This document shows, piece by piece, positions 56,019 to 62,391 of a DNA stretch of 62,391 nt. Below the pieces are notes generated by a model. It was not told the DNA's origin and did not search any database. It worked only from the letters and a program-made list of their open reading frames with translations. The stretch's first letter is position 1. Each line of letters opens with the position of its first letter. The stretch is from a virus (taxonomy: Duplodnaviria > Caudoviricetes). The translations under genes and the position numbers were made by a program. Location: positions 1-62,391 of IMG/VR virus record IMGVR_UViG_3300046004_001609; one strand, written 5' to 3'.

Positions 56019-59000
56019 TGTCAAATAATAATTGTATAGGACCTACAAACATTATTCCTAACAACAACCAAGTTGTATTGTTAGACAATAATAAAAGTAT
56101 AACAGTAATAGATAATAATTGTTGTACTAATGTTGATGTTACTCAACCAATAACTTCTGTAGTACAAGTACTAACAGGTCCTTTAGGACCACAAGGTCCT
56201 TCTGGCTCAATTGGTCCTTCTGGTTCACAAGGTCCTTCTGGTTCACAAGGTCCTTCTGGTTCACAAGGTCCTTCTGGCTCAATTGGTCCTTCTGGTTCAC
56301 AAGGTCCTATAGGTCCATCTGGTTCTTCTGCTCCATTTACTTATATAGGAAATAACATTTGGAATACTACAAGCAGTATTCAAGTTACAGGTTCATTTGT
56401 TATAAGTGGTTCAAACACATTTAGAAATATAGGCCCTGCCCAATTTACAGGTTCTACAGATATAACAGGAAGTTTAAGTATTAATGGAGTAGATTATGAA
56501 TTTACTTCTGCCTCATTTAACACTAGGATTTTAAATAATTCATCAAGCATATCTTCACTTTCAGGAAGTTTCTTAAATTTTAGTTCATCATATACTACAG
56601 GATCATTTACTGGTTCATTTACTGGTTCTTTACTAGGAACTGCATCATATGCTGAAAATGCTTTAACTGCTAGTTATGTAGAGAATGCTCAAACTGCTTC
56701 ATACGTTAATTTAGCTCAAACTGCTTCGTATATTTTAAATGCCGTAAGTAGTTCATACTCTCAAACATCATCATTTGCTCAAACCGCATCTTATGTTTTA
56801 AATGCAATAAGTAGCTCGTTTGCATCAACTGCTTCATATGTACAAAATGCTCAAACTGCTTCATACGCAACACAAGCTTTAAGTAGCTCATTTACATCTA
56901 CTGCTAGTTATGTACAAAATGCACAAACTGCTTCTTATGTTTTAAATGCTATAAGTAGTTCATATGCTTTAACTGCATCATACGTAGCTAATGCTTCATC
57001 ATTTCCATATACTGGAAGTGCAATTATAACTGGAAGTTTGATAGTTACTGGTTCAATAGAATCTACAACTGGACTAACAGGATCTCTACTTGGTACTGCT
57101 TCTTATACAAACCAGGCTTTAAGTTCATCATTTGCTTTAACTGCATCATATGCAGCAAATGTTCCCGCAACTGCATCTTATGCTTTACAAGCCTTAAGTA
57201 GCTCATACGCTTTAACAGCTTCATATTTAGACAATTATACACCACCATTCCCTTTTACTGGAAGTGCAACCATAACTGGTAGTTTAGAGGTAACTGGATC
57301 AATTACATCAACTTTAGGATTTACAGGTAGTTTATTTGGAACAGCATCTTATGCTAATCAAACATTAACATCTTCATACTTAAATACATTAAACCAAGAC
57401 GTTACAATCAACGGTAATGTAAACATTAATGGTACAGCTTCTATAGCTTATTTAAATGTGACTTACGAATCTGCTTCTGTAATTTACTCTTCTGGCTCAA
57501 ATCAATTTGGAGACGCAACTAACGACACTCAAACCTTAGTAGGAACAGTAAAAATAAGTGGAAGTCTACAATTAACAGGGAGTGCAAATATACCGTCAAT
57601 AACTGGATCACTATTTGGAACAGCATCATATGCTAATCAAGCTTTAACAGCATCATATGCTTTAAACGGAGGAGTAACACAATTACTAGCAGGACCAAAT
57701 ATAACACTATCACCAACTAATGGTTTAGGACAAGTCACAGTTAGTGCTACATTAAGTGGAAGTACAATTTTTAATACAGCAACAGGATCATATGGTAGTT
57801 TTTATGATACAACAATCCAAACTAATCCTATAGCTAATGTACCTCGTTCAATGTCTTTCAATTCAACAGACATAACAAACGGTGTATCAATATCTGGGTC
57901 AACAAATCCTTTTAACACATATATTAAAACGACTAATGCTGGAGTATACGATATTCAATTTTCAGCACAAGTAGATAAAACAGATAGTGGAGCAGATGAA
58001 ATAGTAATATGGTTACGTAAAAACGAAATTGATTTAACTGACACAGCAACTACCTTAACATTAAGTGGCAACAATGATAAACAAGTAGCAGCTTGGAACT
58101 GGTTTGTAACCTCAGCAGCTAACGACTACTATCAAATTATATGGGTATCAGCCGATACTAATCTAAGATTATTAGCAGAAACAATCTCAGCAACACACCC
58201 AGGTATCCCTTCTGTAATAGTAACTGTAAATAGAGTAGATCAATTTTTATCAAATACAGGATCATTTTCAGGTTCATTTACTGGACAATTCACAGGTTCA
58301 TTATTAGGAACAGCAAGCTATGCAACTCAAGCTTTAACAGCATCATACGCTTCAACATACGCTCCTGTATTCCCTTTTACTGGAAGCGCAGTTATAAGTG
58401 GTAGTTTAACTGTAACTGGCTCAACAACATTTATAGGTAGAATTTCTCAAACCGGATTAGGTTCTTCAATTTTCATTGGGCAAAGCGCTGGTTCAACAGA
58501 TGACTTAACTACTAATGTAAACTTAGCTATAGGTAACAATGCTTTGTTTTCTAATAAAGATGGAACTCAGAATGTAGCTATAGGTCAATCTGCATTATAT
58601 AACAATACAGGCTCAAATAATGTTGCTGTAGGAGCATATACCTTACAATTAAAAACAACTGGTGGTGAAAACATGGCAATTGGAACTTTCGCCTTAAATC
58701 AACTATCCACTGGTTCTGGAAACGTAGCTGTAGGAGCTTCAGCATTATTTAATGCACAAGGTAGTTACAATGTAGGTATAGGTGGTAATGCTCTTTATGA
58801 TGTAACGGGTGGTTTAAATGCAGGCCGCGGTAATACAGGTATAGGCCAAAATACAGGAAGAGGTATTACAACTGGAGAATATAACACAATTATAGGTGCT
58901 AGTGTTACTGGCTTATCTTCATCCTTATCAAACAATATTATAATCGCAGATGGTGTAGGTAACATAGCATTCAGAGTAAATCCTACAACTGGATTAACTG

Positions 59001-60073
59001 GATTAACTAGAATTATACCTCGTACTACAACTAGCCAAACAGCAACCACAGAAATATCTGCTTTTATATTTAATGGAGTAACAACAACTTGGCAAACTGG
59101 GAATATTACTACTCAAAGAAGTTTTTATTTACCGTCTCAAACATATGCTTTTAATGGCGCTAGTACTATGACTAGTAGTTATGGTCTATTCGTAGAAGCA
59201 GCAACCGCAGGAACGAATGCAACTATAACTAATAACTGGGGCATTGGTACAAATAGTGCTTATGTATCGGGAAGATTAGTAGTAGGTGTCCAACTGGCAA
59301 CAAGCCCTTACGGAAATAGTATTGTAGTTGTACCAAACACTGTAGAAGGCTTTATTGTTAATAGAAGAAATAGCGTAACTTCTTGTTTATCACTAGGTTG
59401 TGATGTTAGCTCTAACGCAACTTTAAATGTTACTAATGCAGACTATATATTTAATATTTCTACCGTTGAAAAACTACGTCTTTCATCTACTAATATTTTG
59501 ACATTTGCCGATACTGTTAACATTGCATTTAATACAACAACAGGCACAAAATTAGGCACAGCAACAACTCAAAAACTATCTTTTTGGAATGCTACACCAA
59601 TAGTTCAACCTACCGCCTCCACAGCAATTGATACTTTACTTACTAATACAGGTTTAAGAGCAACAGGAGGAGGAGCCAATTTTGATACTCCACTAACAGC
59701 TTCAATCATATCAGCATCTGCATTTACCGGATCATTATTCGGAACAGCAAGTTATGCATTAACTGCAAGTTACGCATTAACAGCTTTAACAGCAAGTTAT
59801 GCATTAACAGCATCTTATGTCAATGGTAATATAACAAAAGCAAATGCTCTCTCACCAGGAATGTTTGGAGGAACTCCTTTAACTACATCTATAACATTTA
59901 CAGCAGATTTCCCTAACCCAAGCTACTCAGTAACAATTACTGGAGAAGATGCTCGTATATTTACAATACAAAACAAATCAGCAACCGGATTTCAAATTAA
60001 CACAAACAGTAACATTGCTTTAACTGGTAACACTTACTGGCATGCAATAAGTTACGGTGAATTTAACAGTTAA
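56018..60073 (+). CDS. Mosaic fibre protein (collagen, TASY repeats, beta-roll repeats)
   Basis: G-x-y repeats; many TASY/SSS repeats; N[VM]A[IV]G..AL repeats; compact C-terminal beta domain. Confidence 0.85.
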   Translation: MSNNNCIGPTNIIPNNNQVVLLDNNKSITVIDNNCCTNVDVTQPITSVVQVLTGPLGPQGPSGSIGPSGSQGPSGSQGPSGSQGPSGSIGPSGSQGPIGPSGSSAPFTYIGNNIWNTTSSIQVTGSFVISGSNTFRNIGPAQFTGSTDITGSLSINGVDYEFTSASFNTRILNNSSSISSLSGSFLNFSSSYTTGSFTGSFTGSLLGTASYAENALTASYVENAQTASYVNLAQTASYILNAVSSSYSQTSSFAQTASYVLNAISSSFASTASYVQNAQTASYATQALSSSFTSTASYVQNAQTASYVLNAISSSYALTASYVANASSFPYTGSAIITGSLIVTGSIESTTGLTGSLLGTASYTNQALSSSFALTASYAANVPATASYALQALSSSYALTASYLDNYTPPFPFTGSATITGSLEVTGSITSTLGFTGSLFGTASYANQTLTSSYLNTLNQDVTINGNVNINGTASIAYLNVTYESASVIYSSGSNQFGDATNDTQTLVGTVKISGSLQLTGSANIPSITGSLFGTASYANQALTASYALNGGVTQLLAGPNITLSPTNGLGQVTVSATLSGSTIFNTATGSYGSFYDTTIQTNPIANVPRSMSFNSTDITNGVSISGSTNPFNTYIKTTNAGVYDIQFSAQVDKTDSGADEIVIWLRKNEIDLTDTATTLTLSGNNDKQVAAWNWFVTSAANDYYQIIWVSADTNLRLLAETISATHPGIPSVIVTVNRVDQFLSNTGSFSGSFTGQFTGSLLGTASYATQALTASYASTYAPVFPFTGSAVISGSLTVTGSTTFIGRISQTGLGSSIFIGQSAGSTDDLTTNVNLAIGNNALFSNKDGTQNVAIGQSALYNNTGSNNVAVGAYTLQLKTTGGENMAIGTFALNQLSTGSGNVAVGASALFNAQGSYNVGIGGNALYDVTGGLNAGRGNTGIGQNTGRGITTGEYNTIIGASVTGLSSSLSNNIIIADGVGNIAFRVNPTTGLTGLTRIIPRTTTSQTATTEISAFIFNGVTTTWQTGNITTQRSFYLPSQTYAFNGASTMTSSYGLFVEAATAGTNATITNNWGIGTNSAYVSGRLVVGVQLATSPYGNSIVVVPNTVEGFIVNRRNSVTSCLSLGCDVSSNATLNVTNADYIFNISTVEKLRLSSTNILTFADTVNIAFNTTTGTKLGTATTQKLSFWNATPIVQPTASTAIDTLLTNTGLRATGGGANFDTPLTASIISASAFTGSLFGTASYALTASYALTALTASYALTASYVNGNITKANALSPGMFGGTPLTTSITFTADFPNPSYSVTITGEDARIFTIQNKSATGFQINTNSNIALTGNTYWHAISYGEFNS
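56177..56328 (+). repeat. Collagen-encoding tandem repeat (18-bp unit GGTCCTTCTGGTTCACAA)
   Basis: GPSGS[QI] units read directly. Confidence 0.9.
56629..57230 (+). repeat. Degenerate in-frame TASY/SSS[YF]A repeats
   Basis: Recurrent AQTASYV / A[IL]SSS[YF]A blocks; boundaries approximate. Confidence 0.75.
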
Positions 60074-60089
60074 TAATATTTATTAATAT

Positions 60090-60683
60090 ATGAGCATATT
60101 CTATACAGATAGTGGTAGTTTTGGAGACATTCAAGTAACAGGCTCGCTAGGAGTTACAGGCGGAATAAAAGTAACCGGTACTACAATAGCAGGATTTAAC
60201 CCAACTCCGTTGGCAGGAACAATTAAAGATGGGGTTACCTCAGTATTAGGATATTTAAAAGATTGGAATAGTGAATACTACTCAGGAGAAGTTTTATATT
60301 CTGAAATAGCAGGAGAATCAATATCTTTTGGTCAATTATGTTATAGAGATAGCTTTGGTAAATGGTTAATGGCTATAGGTAATGTAATAGGAGATTCTGC
60401 AAAAAACATGCTAGGTATTTGTTTATTAGATGCACCAGGTGATGAAGAACCGACGTCAATATTAACTAGAGGATATGTAGAAACAACATATATAGACAGT
60501 GGAAGTATGGGTACCCCTTTATATATGGAAGCGTTGACTACGGGAAGTATAACATTTACCGCTCCAACTGCGGCAGGTAATGTAGTAAGATTAGTTGGTC
60601 ATGTATTTTGGGATCCAGCGTCACAAACCAATGGTAAATATATTATATCATTTAATCCAGATAACACTTGGATAGAATTATAA
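60090..60683 (+). CDS. Structural/decoration protein (capsid-cement-like)
   Basis: AGESISFGQLCY...LGICL...ILTRG...GTPLY...G..VRLVG pattern. Confidence 0.6.
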   Translation: MSIFYTDSGSFGDIQVTGSLGVTGGIKVTGTTIAGFNPTPLAGTIKDGVTSVLGYLKDWNSEYYSGEVLYSEIAGESISFGQLCYRDSFGKWLMAIGNVIGDSAKNMLGICLLDAPGDEEPTSILTRGYVETTYIDSGSMGTPLYMEALTTGSITFTAPTAAGNVVRLVGHVFWDPASQTNGKYIISFNPDNTWIEL

Positions 60684-60686
60684 GTT

Positions 60687-61586
60687 ATGAAAATAAACGG
60701 AATTGAAACAACATCTATTACTAAAATTAGTGGAATAACAATAGCATCTATAACAAAAATTGCTGGAGTTGCATTACCTGGATTAGCTTCCTTTATTTCA
60801 GCAACAGGCGGAACTGTAACAACAGAAGGAGATTATAAAATACATACATTTACGACAGTAGGAAATACAAACTTTGTGGTTAGTACTGCTGGAACAGCCC
60901 CAAACAATGTAGTTGAATATTTAGTTGTTGCTGGCGGTGGAGGAGCCGGAGTTGGTGGTGGAGGAGCCGGTGGGTTTCTAACTGCAGTCAGTCATTCAAT
61001 CACGGCACAAACTTACCCAATCACAGTGGGCGGAGGGGGAGTTGGGCAATATGAAGCTATAGGAACTCAAGGAGGTAATTCGGTATTTGATAATATTACT
61101 TCAACAGGCGGAGGTTATGGAGGATATTATGGAGGTACATTAGACGGCGGAGCTGGTGGATCGGGAGGAGGTGTAGGCCACACTGTCGATGCAGATGGTG
61201 ATGGAGGAGCAGCAACAGCAGCTCAAGGTAATGACGGTGGATCTGGCACTGCCGGCATATATGGTGGCGGTGGTGGTGGCGGTGCTTCAGCTATAGGTGT
61301 AAGCAGTACAGGATATGAAGGAGGTAATGGCGGAGCAGGAACTTTCTCAATGATAGGTGGTGGAGATGGAGCTTACTATGCCGGAGGCGGAGGCGGAGGA
61401 GGAGGTTTTAGTGCAGGTGGTACTGGAGGAGTTGGCGGTGGTGGTGATGGAACTCAAAATAGTAACCCAGGTAATAATGGTGCTGATAATACTGGTGGCG
61501 GTGGTGGTGGTCGTAATTACCTCGCAGCAGGAGCAGGCGGAAACGGAGGCTCAGGCATTGTAATAATAAAGTATAAATTTCAATAA
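60687..61586 (+). CDS. Glycine-rich fibre-tip-like protein
   Basis: ATGG...IHTFT...EYLVVAGGGG...GGSGIVII[KR]Y. Confidence 0.85.
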   Translation: MKINGIETTSITKISGITIASITKIAGVALPGLASFISATGGTVTTEGDYKIHTFTTVGNTNFVVSTAGTAPNNVVEYLVVAGGGGAGVGGGGAGGFLTAVSHSITAQTYPITVGGGGVGQYEAIGTQGGNSVFDNITSTGGGYGGYYGGTLDGGAGGSGGGVGHTVDADGDGGAATAAQGNDGGSGTAGIYGGGGGGGASAIGVSSTGYEGGNGGAGTFSMIGGGDGAYYAGGGGGGGGFSAGGTGGVGGGGDGTQNSNPGNNGADNTGGGGGGRNYLAAGAGGNGGSGIVIIKYKFQ

Positions 61587-61963
61587 TGGCAAATTTTGTA
61601 TTAATTAAAGAAAACATTGTAATAGCAGTTATGTTAATCGATCATCAAACTATTACTGTAAGTGGTTCTCAGGTTGAACAACTTGGTATTGATTATATAG
61701 AATCGCTAAATGTAAAAACTATATATCCATACGATACTATAAAACAGGCATTTTATAGATCTAATTCAACAAACACTTACGCCGGAGTAGGAGATGTTTG
61801 GAATGAAGTTAATAATACTTTTACTTCTTTAATACCCTTTAATGAATGGATTTTAAATAATAATTTTAGCTGCGAAACTCCTAAGCCAACACCAGATAAT
61901 AACAAAGCATACGTATGGGTAAATGGTGAATGGACAGAATTTACTTTTAATAGCAATAAATAA
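61586..61963 (+). CDS. Small partner of the glycine-rich protein
   Basis: MANFVLI...YAGVG..W...F...P pattern; coupled start. Confidence 0.7.
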   Translation: MANFVLIKENIVIAVMLIDHQTITVSGSQVEQLGIDYIESLNVKTIYPYDTIKQAFYRSNSTNTYAGVGDVWNEVNNTFTSLIPFNEWILNNNFSCETPKPTPDNNKAYVWVNGEWTEFTFNSNK

Positions 61964-61966
61964 AAC

Positions 61967-62176
61967 ATGAAAACACTAATTTACTTTAATAGACCAGATT
62001 GCCCTGAAAATATGGGTATTAGTCAACTAACAGATGATGTTCAAACATTTCTAGATGAAAGGTCTGATGTAATTATTAATCCTTCTATCGACGGAAATAT
62101 TCTTAATTTTAAAAAAACAGATGGAGACCCAGGATATGCTATATTAGCAGAAACACCTGAAGATTTTCAAAACTAA
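61967..62176 (+). CDS. Small hypothetical protein, copy 2
   Basis: First 25 aa identical to 55365..55589. Confidence 0.85.
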   Translation: MKTLIYFNRPDCPENMGISQLTDDVQTFLDERSDVIINPSIDGNILNFKKTDGDPGYAILAETPEDFQN

Positions 62177-62201
62177 AAAATATTAAATTTATAAACATTA
62201 G

Positions 62202-62232
62202 TACTCCATACTTAAATGTTTGGAGCATTTTT
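62202..62232 (+). terminator. Terminator-like hairpin
   Basis: CTCCA/TGGAG stem plus TTTTT. Confidence 0.6.
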
Positions 62233-62265
62233 GTCCTTTAACCATATTTATAATAAATTATCATT

Positions 62266-62391
62266 ATGAATATCCCTATTTATCCTGGTTCTAGCTCATT
62301 TTTCCCTGGAGATACTCCATTTGGGTTTTATGATAACGACTATCAATTTCAAGTCGACGCAGATAAAGTAACAACTTTTTGTGCTCGAAGA
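62266..62391 (+). CDS. 5'-partial gene, probably neck protein (gp13-like)
   Basis: MNIPIYPGSSSF...TPFGFYD...FCARR, open to the window end; late motif at 62244. Confidence 0.5.
   Translation, partial: MNIPIYPGSSSFFPGDTPFGFYDNDYQFQVDADKVTTFCARR

Noticed and set aside
9027-61968. Remaining minus-strand and nested ORFs (e.g. 9027, 20471, 39976, 52000, 53322, 58795, 61408)
   Set aside because: Shadows of biased plus-strand genes; the Ser-rich and His-rich products mirror GAA and GGT repeats.
55365-62176. Diversity-generating retroelement TR/VR pair or transposon ends
   Set aside because: Differences are not adenine-specific, both copies are intact genes, and there is no reverse transcriptase or transposase in the window.

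Overview
A 62.4-kb, AT-rich, almost entirely plus-strand segment of a large T4-superfamily-like tailed phage (gp23-like capsid, gp20-like portal, gp21-like protease, gp25/gp6-like baseplate, gp55-like sigma factor). The host is probably in Bacteroidota, inferred from TTGG-N19-TAYATT promoters, A-rich leaders without Shine-Dalgarno sites, D-[ST]-x sequons in secreted proteins and an Hc1-like protein. Order: RNA cluster (0.5-2.2 kb: tRNA-Glu, tRNA-Gln, three tRNA-like elements with aberrant anticodon arms, a 3'-only tmRNA remnant, several unassigned structured RNAs); early/regulatory genes; baseplate/tail block (6.6-22.7 kb); GIY-YIG nuclease, primase and exonuclease; a ~20-kb block of mostly uncharacterised genes (24.9-44.2 kb); terminase, portal, protease, scaffold and capsid (44.8-54.6 kb); phoH; a fibre/decoration cassette flanked by a duplicated small gene; and the start of a probable neck gene. 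The best candidate for an undescribed system is a shared short helical tag ending in [IL]-x-E on many of the 24.9-51 kb proteins, together with copies of the scaffold C-terminal peptide. This suggests protease-matured cargo packaged in the head, including nucleotidyltransferases, a nucleotidase, a zincin and a nuclease. The tRNA-punctuated ncRNA array is the second candidate. All assignments come from reading motifs by eye; no searches or folding programs were run.
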